Virus record (IMG/VR): IMGVR_UViG_3300049137_000157 | Span: 32,001 to 96,000 of that record | From: a virus | DNA length: 64,000 nt | Reading direction: 5' to 3' (one strand) | In this document: positions 52,567-60,660 of the stretch, piece after piece | How the letters are laid out: every line of letters begins with the position of its first letter | Position numbering within the stretch: position 1 is the first letter of the stretch | Translations under genes and position numbers: made by a program | The notes under the pieces: model-generated | The model's database searches: none | What the model was told of the DNA's origin: nothing | What the model saw: the letters and a program-made list of their open reading frames with translations, nothing else

Positions 52567-52593
52567 CAGACATGCACGGAAAGGAGGAAAAAC

Positions 52594-53286
52594 GTGAAGA
52601 GGCGAAACGTGGGCCTCACTGTCGCTGCGACAGTTCTCTCGATCGGCCTCACCGGCTGCGCCAGTGACCCGCAGGAGGGTGGAGAGGGATTCAGCGTGGC
52701 GGACACCCTGCGCTCTCTCGGCAACCCCGGTGACGAAGTGCAGCGGCATGCCGACCAGACCTCCAAGAAGGCCGAGGAGGACAAGGCGTCCGCCGACGCT
52801 GCGGAGAAGGCCGAAAAGAACAAGAAGGCCGCGTCCCGCGAGGACCCGGTAGTAACCCGCAACGACAGGGCCGTGAAGGAGGCACCGTCCGGAGTGCCCG
52901 CCTTCGTCACTGCCACCAACTGGGCACAGACCAAGCTCGGTCACAAGTACGTCTGGGGCGGTGAGTCGGACGAGGAGGGTGGCTTCGACTGTTCGGGGCT
53001 CATGCAGGCCGCCTGGGCCGAGGCCGGGGTCAAGCTGCCCCGCGTGGCGCACGCCCAGTACTACGCCTCCAAGGTTCACCCGAAGCGCAGTCAGCTCAAT
53101 CCCGGGGACCTCGTTTTCTACAAGAACTCCTCGGGCGAGATCTACCACGTCGGGCTGTATGTGGGCCTCGACGAGAAGGGGCGTCAGACGATGCTGCACG
53201 CCCCCAACCGCAACCGGGTCATCCAGTTCGACCCGATCGACTACATGAACGGCTACTTCGGAGCAACGAGGGTGGGAGAAGAGTGA
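52594..53286 (+). CDS. NlpC/P60 peptidoglycan peptidase, probable lipoprotein (230 aa)
   Basis: YVWGG, FDCSGL, HVGLY, MLHAP; lipobox-like LTGC. Confidence 0.92.
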   Translation: MKRRNVGLTVAATVLSIGLTGCASDPQEGGEGFSVADTLRSLGNPGDEVQRHADQTSKKAEEDKASADAAEKAEKNKKAASREDPVVTRNDRAVKEAPSGVPAFVTATNWAQTKLGHKYVWGGESDEEGGFDCSGLMQAAWAEAGVKLPRVAHAQYYASKVHPKRSQLNPGDLVFYKNSSGEIYHVGLYVGLDEKGRQTMLHAPNRNRVIQFDPIDYMNGYFGATRVGEE

Positions 53287-53516
53287 TGAACACGTACCTC
53301 GCACACGTGCAGGTGAGGGAACCCGGCCACGCCGACCTCGTCGAATTTGACACGGTCGTGGTCACCGAGTCCGCTGAGGACTCGGAGCTGCGCAAGGCGG
53401 CGGAGCGGGTCTGGTCGGACGAGGTGCAGGAGGGCTGCCGGGTCCACGTGGATCTGCTGGACCTGGCGACCGGTAAGGCGCTGGTCTCCACCGGGGATCA
53501 GGTGATGACGGCATGA
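53283..53516 (+). CDS. hypothetical protein (77 aa)
   Basis: coupled run. Confidence 0.7.
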   Translation: MMNTYLAHVQVREPGHADLVEFDTVVVTESAEDSELRKAAERVWSDEVQEGCRVHVDLLDLATGKALVSTGDQVMTA

Positions 53517-53734
53517 GTACCCAGATCGACTTCGGACAGGACTACGCCCGCTTCGTCATCGCCGATTTCCTGGAATGGCTCCAGGGGAAGGGCGGGGTCG
53601 AAGGGCGCAAGGGTGTCTACCACTTGACCCGTCACGTCCCGGGCGGCACTCCCGACACCGAGACCCCCGACGACCAGGAGAACCTCGACCTCGTCGAGGC
53701 GTTCCTCACGGAGATGGATTCCGTGCCCGAGTGA
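53513..53734 (+). CDS. hypothetical protein (73 aa)
   Basis: 4-bp overlap. Confidence 0.7.
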   Translation: MSTQIDFGQDYARFVIADFLEWLQGKGGVEGRKGVYHLTRHVPGGTPDTETPDDQENLDLVEAFLTEMDSVPE

Positions 53735-53747
53735 GGGGGGCCGTCGC

Positions 53748-54461
53748 ATGATGGGTCGGACGCATGCCGCGATCGGAGCGGCAACCCCTCTTTCTCTTCT
53801 ACTGACCGGAGGGGCGACGGCGCAGGAGGTGGCGGTCATGGCTGTCGTCTCAGCGGCGTTCTCTCTGCTCCCGGACCTCGACCACCAGGACTCGATCGCC
53901 AGCAGGGCGCTCGGAGGCTGGTCACACCAGGTGGCTCAGAGCGCAAGCAAACTGGCTCTGCGTCTCGCGTCCACCACCCGGGATGTCCGGACTCGACGAC
54001 ACCGAGCCATGCGGGGAATCTCGCCGACTCACCGGACGTTCACGCACACGCTTCTGGCATCTTTTCTCCTCACGAGTTTCGTGCTTTTGGGGGCCGCTTC
54101 CAGTCAGATTTTTGTCGGGGTTCTGTCTGGCGCGGGGGTGCTGCTGCTCCGTCCGGTTCTTCGGCTTCCGTGGCTGCTTACCGGGGTCCTTTCGGTCACC
54201 CTCGGCGTCGGAGCCTATCTGTGGTTTCCCCCGGTTCTCCTGGTTCTTGCCGCAGGTGGGGGCTACGTGGGAAGCATCCTCGCGGACGGGTGTACGAAGC
54301 AGGGCGTCCCCCTGTTCTGGCCGATGAAGATCAACGACAAGCGCTGGTGGGACATCGTCCTGCTGAGACGCCCGGTGGTGGTGGGTGGCGGGCGCGAGGC
54401 GAGTGTGGCTGTCGGGGTGGCGGTGGTGATGAACGGCATCTTGGCGGTTCTCGCCATCTGA
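53748..54461 (+). CDS. YdjM/DUF457-like membrane-bound metal-dependent hydrolase (237 aa)
   Basis: MMGRTH, LLPDLDH, HRTFTHTL, ILADGCTKQGVPLFWP. Confidence 0.85.
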   Translation: MMGRTHAAIGAATPLSLLLTGGATAQEVAVMAVVSAAFSLLPDLDHQDSIASRALGGWSHQVAQSASKLALRLASTTRDVRTRRHRAMRGISPTHRTFTHTLLASFLLTSFVLLGAASSQIFVGVLSGAGVLLLRPVLRLPWLLTGVLSVTLGVGAYLWFPPVLLVLAAGGGYVGSILADGCTKQGVPLFWPMKINDKRWWDIVLLRRPVVVGGGREASVAVGVAVVMNGILAVLAI

Positions 54462-54492
54462 GGGAGTCCGACTTCGGTCGGACTCCCTTTTT
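54460..54492 (+). terminator. intrinsic terminator
   Basis: AGGGAGTCCGAC-TTCG-GTCGGACTCCCTTTTT. Confidence 0.85.
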
Positions 54493-54560
54493 GGTGACAT
54501 TGACTGAGAGTTCCTGCACAATGAGGAACGGAAGTGGAGGGGAAAGGTGATGCGGCTGAC

Positions 54561-55052
54561 ATGAACTACGAGAAGGATGCCTACTACAGCGAGGCACCGA
54601 CGCGCCGTCTCCCGGTGGACCCGAAGACTCGGATCTACGGCGAGCCGGAACGCCCGACCCGCGTGTACCCCGAGGCCCCCACCAGGCGCTTTACCGAGCC
54701 CGCACAGCCTGCTGCTCCCGCTCGGGCTCCCCGTTCGTCCGGATCGTCCGGCACCAACAGCCCTGCCGCTTTCGTGCAGGCCACCGGGGAGATGTACGAC
54801 CTCGTCCGACGCATTCAGGACGATGTCTCCCTGGCGCAGCCCGTGGAGGAGGAGCTGGGGGAGGTCTACGAGCGGACCCACGTCGTGCACGACAAGAACC
54901 TTCTGCTCGGCATGCGACTGACGGCGGGTGTGGGCGGCGTGACTTGCTGGCTGACCCAGTTCCACCTCGGATGCCTGGTCATCACAGCGGTCGCCGTGCT
55001 GTTCTGGATCTACAACGAGACCGGAGTGGAGTACCTGAAGAAGAGCAGGTAA
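54561..55052 (+). CDS. membrane protein with Pro-rich N-terminus (163 aa)
   Basis: GGAAAGG RBS; two C-terminal TM segments. Confidence 0.7.
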   Translation: MNYEKDAYYSEAPTRRLPVDPKTRIYGEPERPTRVYPEAPTRRFTEPAQPAAPARAPRSSGSSGTNSPAAFVQATGEMYDLVRRIQDDVSLAQPVEEELGEVYERTHVVHDKNLLLGMRLTAGVGGVTCWLTQFHLGCLVITAVAVLFWIYNETGVEYLKKSR

Positions 55053-55066
55053 ACCTCGGAAACGGG

Positions 55067-55095
55067 TTGATGTATTACAACGTCACACGTAGTCT
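55067..55095 (+). promoter_or_regulatory. promoter TTGATG-17-TAGTCT overlapping a TGTATTACA palindrome
   Basis: upstream of a ribbon-helix-helix gene; likely autoregulatory operator. Confidence 0.7.
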
Positions 55096-55123
55096 GGATT
55101 CAGTACCGGAGAGGAGGAAAAAA

Positions 55124-55276
55124 ATGGGTGAACCACTCTCGGAACTGATCCCCCTGAGGGTCACCAAAACGATGCGCCTGAAGATCGAGGAAGCGGCCAA
55201 GAAGGACGGCCGGAACCGCTCGAACTACCTCCGCCACTTGGTGGAGAGGGCACTCGTTCAGGAGGGTGCGTCGTGA
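55124..55276 (+). CDS. ribbon-helix-helix (CopG/Arc-like) regulator (50 aa)
   Basis: LIPLRVTKTMRLKIEEAAKKDGRNRSNYLRHLVERAL; GAGGAGG RBS. Confidence 0.85.
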   Translation: MGEPLSELIPLRVTKTMRLKIEEAAKKDGRNRSNYLRHLVERALVQEGAS

Positions 55277-55716
55277 ACGAGCAGGAGATACGCGCAGCCG
55301 CCCTCCATGCCGCAGGCACCTACGCCGGATCCATCGGAGGAGCGAAGCCCGAGGACCTGCTCTACGTAGCAGACGTCTACGCCGTCTACATCACGGACGG
55401 CCGAGATGCGGCCCTCGCCCGCTTCGCCCAGATGGAGGCCGAAAAGGCGGCGGCGAAGAAGTCGGTCGACAGCCCGTCGACGCACACGCTGCCGACGACG
55501 GAGCTGCGGGAAGCGCGTCCTCTCGGGCTGGTGCAGCCCGACGTGCACCCGGAGAAGATCCGAACTGCCCAGAACCTGCTGACGGAGGCGAGGAAGGCCA
55601 AGGTGGCCGCCCACAAGAACCTGTTGAAGCAGAGGGCAGTCAACGCGGGAGTCCTGGACGTACCGATCACTGACGGGAACCGGACGGTGACCCTGAAGGA
55701 CGTCCTCGGCGTGTAG
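55273..55716 (+). CDS. hypothetical protein (147 aa)
   Basis: 4-bp overlap with the RHH gene. Confidence 0.75.
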   Translation: MNEQEIRAAALHAAGTYAGSIGGAKPEDLLYVADVYAVYITDGRDAALARFAQMEAEKAAAKKSVDSPSTHTLPTTELREARPLGLVQPDVHPEKIRTAQNLLTEARKAKVAAHKNLLKQRAVNAGVLDVPITDGNRTVTLKDVLGV

Positions 55717-55794
55717 GAACCTGCGGCAAAATCGCAGAAGACTGTCATGAGGCGCTACCCTGACGTGAAATGATCGCGTCGGGAGGATTTCACC

Positions 55795-56070
55795 ATGTCT
55801 ACGGCTGAAACCATCAGCGCCTCGGTCCGCAACCTGCTCACCCTCGCGATGAGTGAGGACGACGACCGTCTGACGACACCGCCGAACAAGCTGTACAGCA
55901 GGAAGGTCAAGGAACTCGCGGCCAAGCTCGGCGTCTCCGAACCGTACATGTTCCGGAAGATCAAGGATAGTACGTGGACGATCGGAGACCTCGACCGGCT
56001 TGCCGAGTATTTCGGGGTGCACCCGGCAGATCTCGTGCCGGGTCCTCACGACGGAGAGGAAAAGGGATAA
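55795..56070 (+). CDS. Cro/XRE-like HTH protein (91 aa)
   Basis: VKELAAKLGVSEPYMFRKIKDSTWTIGDLDRLAEYFGV. Confidence 0.85.
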   Translation: MSTAETISASVRNLLTLAMSEDDDRLTTPPNKLYSRKVKELAAKLGVSEPYMFRKIKDSTWTIGDLDRLAEYFGVHPADLVPGPHDGEEKG

Positions 56071-56072
56071 GG

Positions 56073-57578
56073 GTGACGTTCAAACTCACGGACGAACAGC
56101 AGTACGCGGTCGACCTTGCAGGCAAGGGCGAGCGCACCAAGGTCATCGCCCCTGCCGGATCGGGCAAGTCCAAGACGGCCGAGGAGATGGCCAGGGCGAT
56201 GATCCGGGCTGGCAAGCGGAACATCCTCTATCTGGTCTACAACACCGAGGCCCGGCGCGACGCCGAACGGCGCTTCAAGGGACTGGACCAGGTCAAGGTC
56301 CGGACGACCAGTCAGATCGGCTACCGGGCCTTCGCCGGTACCCACAAGGATCGCATGAACTTCAAGACGGCCCCCAAGGTCCCGAGCTGGCAGTTGGCGG
56401 AATGGCTCAAGTTGAAGCCGCTGAACTTCGGGGACGGGCTCGTCCTTGACGGGCCCCAGCAGGCCCTGTACGCCACAAGGGCGATCGACCAGTTCTGCTC
56501 TTCCAACCGCCGGTCCATCACCGCCGACGATGTCCCGTTGGAGATGCATGGAGTCGACGACTCCGCGCTGAAGTCGGTCAAGACGGCCATCGCCACACTG
56601 GCGCAGAGCATCTGGTTCGACGCCAAGCGCGCCGGATCCCGCTTCCCGTTCGACATGACCATGGCCTTCAAGCATGTCGCCCTCGACGGCAAGGACGAGG
56701 GCTACGACGCGGTTCTGCTCGACGAGGCGCAGGACTCCAACGACAACACCATGGCGTACCTCAACAACCAGGAGAACGCTCAGATCTGCGTGCTCGGAGA
56801 CCCTGCGCAGACCCTCTACGCCTGGAGGGGGTCGACAGACCAGATCCTTCAGTTCGACGGAGTCCCGGCCCCCCTCACGCAGAGCTTCCGATTCGGCGAG
56901 GCCATCGCCGAGGAGGCAATGAAGCACCTTCCGTTCACGGAGACCGGGGTTGTCGTGAAGGGCCTGCCGAGCATCCGGGACAAGGTGTTCTACGGCGGGA
57001 TGGAGAAGCCGGACGTCGTCCTCACCCGGACGAACGTGGGCTCCATGTCCTACGCGCTCTCCCTCATGGAGGCGGGTTACCGAGTGGCACTCGTCAAGGG
57101 AGCCGACCCCATTCGGTCGCTGGCCTTCGCCGCGATCGAGCTGCGCAAGGGCAAGCGGCCCACCCGGAACATCGAGTTGTCCGCGTTCGAGGACTGGTCC
57201 GAGCTGGTGTCCTTCACGGAGGAGCCCAGCGGTGGCCATCTGAAGGCGCTGGTGAACCTCGTGAACATCCACGGCACCAAGCCCCTGATCGATGCGTGCG
57301 GCAACATCGTCCCGTACAGCGCTCGCAACCCTCAGCACGACGTCGCGGTGACCACGTGCCACTCCATCAAGGGACTGGAGTGGGACAACGTCCTCATCGG
57401 TGACGATTTCGACGAGCCGAAGCCGCACGTCGACCCGAAGACCGAAGAGGTCACCCCGGGAGAGATCAAGCGATTCGACGCGATGGTGAACTACGTGGCC
57501 GTCAGTCGAGCACGTAAGGCTCTCGACGCCGAGGGCCTGGCGTGGATCAACAAGTACCTGGAATCTGCGACGACGTAA
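56073..57578 (+). CDS. UvrD/Rep-like SF1 helicase (501 aa)
   Basis: LTDEQ, APAGSGKS, LDEAQD, GDPAQTLYAWRG, QSFRFG, HSIKGLEWD, YVAVSRAR. Confidence 0.93.
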   Translation: MTFKLTDEQQYAVDLAGKGERTKVIAPAGSGKSKTAEEMARAMIRAGKRNILYLVYNTEARRDAERRFKGLDQVKVRTTSQIGYRAFAGTHKDRMNFKTAPKVPSWQLAEWLKLKPLNFGDGLVLDGPQQALYATRAIDQFCSSNRRSITADDVPLEMHGVDDSALKSVKTAIATLAQSIWFDAKRAGSRFPFDMTMAFKHVALDGKDEGYDAVLLDEAQDSNDNTMAYLNNQENAQICVLGDPAQTLYAWRGSTDQILQFDGVPAPLTQSFRFGEAIAEEAMKHLPFTETGVVVKGLPSIRDKVFYGGMEKPDVVLTRTNVGSMSYALSLMEAGYRVALVKGADPIRSLAFAAIELRKGKRPTRNIELSAFEDWSELVSFTEEPSGGHLKALVNLVNIHGTKPLIDACGNIVPYSARNPQHDVAVTTCHSIKGLEWDNVLIGDDFDEPKPHVDPKTEEVTPGEIKRFDAMVNYVAVSRARKALDAEGLAWINKYLESATT

Positions 57579-57664
57579 TCCCCGCATTCCCGGTCGGCGG
57601 CGCTGGCCTCCTGCTCGTTGGGGGACCAGCGCCGCTGCCCTATCCAAGCGTCAGGAGAAGAAAC

Positions 57665-57940
57665 GTGACGAAGCGAAAGTCTGTTACCCGACTGGTTCAG
57701 CTAGAGGAGCGATTCAAGACCCTGGGTGCGGTGTTGCTCGAAATTCGGAAGATGCACAGCGAGGTATATCTGGAATACATCGAAGAAGCGGGACGGATCC
57801 TTGACAAGGATCCGTCGACTTTCGTCTTGGGTACACGGAACTGCCTCACGTCCCCCATCACGAAATGTGTCCATTCCTTCTCCGAAGAGATGGGAGTGGA
57901 CGAATGCATCTTCTGCGGGAAGCCGGAGGGGCGTAAGTAG
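57665..57940 (+). CDS. hypothetical protein (91 aa), lower GC3
   Basis: AGGAGAAG RBS before GTG; C-terminal CVHSF...CIFC. Confidence 0.6.
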   Translation: MTKRKSVTRLVQLEERFKTLGAVLLEIRKMHSEVYLEYIEEAGRILDKDPSTFVLGTRNCLTSPITKCVHSFSEEMGVDECIFCGKPEGRK

Positions 57941-57941
57941 C

Positions 57942-58427
57942 ATGGTGCAAGTGGATCTGACACAGACGGAAAACGGGATTCCCGAACACTTGCAGGACAT
58001 CGCTTTCCACTTGGAACGCTGCCGGTATTTCGTCCGGTACAGCGAGAAGAAGCGGTGCGGGTGTCATGTTCGGCAAATATTGCACGCCGACAATGACCAA
58101 GGAATCTATCTTCGTATCAGCGTGGACGAAGATCCCGTCGGCCGACTTGGCAATCTCCTTTTCGAAGGCCGATTCGAAACTCCGGAAGGGATGAGCACGG
58201 CTTTCCACGAGTTCACCGACGTCGAGAGGTTCCTCGCTTTCGCCCAGGCCGGAACCGGATGCCCTTGCAGGAAGAAGATTTTCGAAGAGAACCGGGCGAG
58301 GAAGGTGCTGGAGGACTCTCTCAAGGCCCGGGTGCTGGAAAGGCGGCTTCACCGCAGAGAATCCAGCCTCTACCTCTGCCCTTTCTGGTGGGTTCAGGGG
58401 AAGGACTACTTTCACGTCTCCGCATAG
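57942..58427 (+). CDS. hypothetical protein (161 aa), lower GC3, C-terminal Cys/His motif
   Basis: follows 57665..57940; CPCRKK...YLCPF...FHVS. Confidence 0.6.
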   Translation: MVQVDLTQTENGIPEHLQDIAFHLERCRYFVRYSEKKRCGCHVRQILHADNDQGIYLRISVDEDPVGRLGNLLFEGRFETPEGMSTAFHEFTDVERFLAFAQAGTGCPCRKKIFEENRARKVLEDSLKARVLERRLHRRESSLYLCPFWWVQGKDYFHVSA

Positions 58428-58460
58428 GGGAGGTGGAGTCGACAGGAAAGGGAGGGTGAA

Positions 58461-58832
58461 GTGTACGGCGGAAGACAAGGAGAGTGGAGCAAGTGGCACA
58501 CTCTGGAAGTCGGTGAACCGTTCGTCGAGAACGGGAAAACGTACCCCCAGTACACCTGGAAGCATGACAAGGAATGCCCTCGTGAAGTGGATTCGGTGAC
58601 ATTCGACGGAGTCAATTACTATCGCGTGGACTTCCGCTGTTACCTGGGATACATCGAAGAAAGCGGTGCGGAGAATCTTCTCGGTGACTGGGTGACCACA
58701 CCCGGCCTGTATCGCGTTCGCGCCCGTACCGTCTGGGACTACTGGGGCGAGGCCGACGAGGACATCGAGGTCGCGATCCTGCACGGCCCCGTCGACGCGC
58801 GCGAGTTCGACGAACCCCTGAAGGACGAGTGA
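58461..58832 (+). CDS. hypothetical protein (123 aa)
   Basis: GGAAAGGGAGGG RBS. Confidence 0.75.
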   Translation: MYGGRQGEWSKWHTLEVGEPFVENGKTYPQYTWKHDKECPREVDSVTFDGVNYYRVDFRCYLGYIEESGAENLLGDWVTTPGLYRVRARTVWDYWGEADEDIEVAILHGPVDAREFDEPLKDE

Positions 58833-59044
58833 AGCCCAGCGGCAACACTCCGGACCCCGACAATTTCCTGAAGGCCCTGGCCAAGATCAGCAAGAAGTAC
58901 GGCGTCGAGATCGGCGGCTGCGGCTGCCAGGGCTCCCCGTACGTCTCCGACAAGAAGGGCCGCGTCCTCGTCGAAGGGCTGATGTTCTGCAAGCTCCACG
59001 ACCGATACGGACCGAGTGCCGAGCACTACCACTGCGACGACTGA
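58829..59044 (+). CDS. hypothetical protein (71 aa)
   Basis: 4-bp overlap; IGGCGCQGSP. Confidence 0.7.
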   Translation: MKPSGNTPDPDNFLKALAKISKKYGVEIGGCGCQGSPYVSDKKGRVLVEGLMFCKLHDRYGPSAEHYHCDD

Positions 59045-59066
59045 CCGAACCGGCAAGGAGAAGAAA

Positions 59067-59708
59067 ATGAAGGAACGCTGGCCCGACTTCACATTCGTCG
59101 GCATCGACCTGGAGTTCCTCCGGGACATTCCCGGTCAGCCCGGACTCATCTCAATGGCCCTGGCCTACCGAGACAAGGACCACCGGACTCACTCCCTCTA
59201 CGTGATCAACGGCGACGTCGACCAGGACGAGGTCCTCAGGCGGCCCTGGATGGTGGACAACGTCTGGTCCAAGCTGCCGCTCGACACCGACGGGCGCTAC
59301 TTGGACCTGCGGTCTTCTGAGGTCCAGGCGTACTACGACATCCCGGGTCTCGTCAGCGACTTCCTCAGCCCGCTGACGGACGGGGAGAGTTACCGCCAGC
59401 ACATCGGTCTGATCGCAGACCACGGCACCCAGGACGTGCAGCGTCTCCACGAGCTGTGGGGTCACGACTGGAGTCCGGGGGCGATGCCCCCGTGGATCCC
59501 GAAGCGACTCTTCCAGGACCTTGCCACGCTGGAAGACGTCGCGGGCGTGAGCGAGGGCAGGATGCCCGACGGGGAGCGTCTCCCCGAGATGGACCCCGTC
59601 AACGAGCACGTGGCCCTCTGGGACGCCGTGCATGACCTCGACGTCCTGGAGTTCCTCCTGGCTCGTTCACGGGCTGTGCGGGTCGCCTGCGGGGTCGAGC
59701 TGATCTGA
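59067..59708 (+). CDS. DEDDh 3'-5' exoribonuclease, Rv2179c/RNase AS-like (213 aa)
   Basis: GIDLEF, LISMAL, PWMVDNVW, D..RL..LW, EHVALWDA. Confidence 0.82.
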   Translation: MKERWPDFTFVGIDLEFLRDIPGQPGLISMALAYRDKDHRTHSLYVINGDVDQDEVLRRPWMVDNVWSKLPLDTDGRYLDLRSSEVQAYYDIPGLVSDFLSPLTDGESYRQHIGLIADHGTQDVQRLHELWGHDWSPGAMPPWIPKRLFQDLATLEDVAGVSEGRMPDGERLPEMDPVNEHVALWDAVHDLDVLEFLLARSRAVRVACGVELI

Positions 59709-59719
59709 CCCAAGGCGCA

Positions 59720-59755
59720 AGGGGCGGGTCCCGGACGCAGCCGGGGCCCGCCCTT
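59720..59755 (+). terminator. GC-rich hairpin
   Basis: AGGGGCGGGTCCCGG...CCGGGGCCCGCCCTT. Confidence 0.6.
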
Positions 59756-59855
59756 CCCGTTCCCCGAACCTTTGAGTGGTTGTTTTTTGGTCCACTGGTG
59801 TACTAAACTTGCACCAAGGTCATCGAAGGATGGCCTCGGAGGGGAGAGGAAAAGA

Positions 59856-60599
59856 ATGAGGACTGGCGACCGGTACGAGAACGTGAAGACCGGCGAGATC
59901 GTCTCCATCCTGAACATCCGCACCGAGGACGGGCAAGCGACTGTCGCCCATCTTGACGACGAGGGTCGTCCCGTGAGTGCGTTCTCGGTTCCGCTCAGTC
60001 GATTTCGTTCGGGAATCTGCGGCAGGAACGGCGCTCCGTACAAGACCGGGTACATTCCGATGGACAACCCGGCCGCGCGGAATGAAACGGAGAGCGCCAT
60101 CGACGAGGAAGCGCTGAATTCTCTCGACAAGGATCAGCTCGCCGCCTATCTCGAAAACCTTCCGGACGACCAGCTCACCAACCTGGGTGCCAAGTACCAC
60201 GAAATCCAGGCGAAGGCGAAGGCGGTCGAAGACGCGGTCAAGAAGGTGATCGTCGCGAGGAAGAGGCCGCACGGTACGTACGTCCACGGCAATTCCACGT
60301 ACGTCGTGTCGCCGAACTCCCGTTTCGACGACGCCACGGCCAAGAAGAACCTCCCCAAGGAGGAATACGCGCGGATCTGCGTGCCGAAGGCCGATTCCAC
60401 CCTCGCGAAGAAGATGTTCGGAGGAGAGGACTCTCCGCTCTACCGGCTCTGCCAGAAGGACCTCGGGGCACCGAAGGTCACCCTTCGGGCGGCCACCGAC
60501 AAGGACCGGGCAGAAGCCGTGAACACTCCGGTCCAGGGCGACGCGTTCAACGGGGACATCCTCGAAGACTTCGACCTGGGAGACATCGAGATCGGCTGA
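59856..60599 (+). CDS. hypothetical phage-like protein (247 aa)
   Basis: GGAGAGGAAAAG RBS; beta-rich N-terminus, helical middle. Confidence 0.8.
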   Translation: MRTGDRYENVKTGEIVSILNIRTEDGQATVAHLDDEGRPVSAFSVPLSRFRSGICGRNGAPYKTGYIPMDNPAARNETESAIDEEALNSLDKDQLAAYLENLPDDQLTNLGAKYHEIQAKAKAVEDAVKKVIVARKRPHGTYVHGNSTYVVSPNSRFDDATAKKNLPKEEYARICVPKADSTLAKKMFGGEDSPLYRLCQKDLGAPKVTLRAATDKDRAEAVNTPVQGDAFNGDILEDFDLGDIEIG

Positions 60600-60660
60600 C
60601 GAAAAAGCAGATTCCGCCCGTCCCCTGCTCGGGCGGAATCTGTCGTGTCAGGATACCTGC

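Noticed and set aside
59790-59815. Host DasR box (ACTGGTGTACTAAACT)
   Set aside because: Only the left half matches; better explained as part of a promoter
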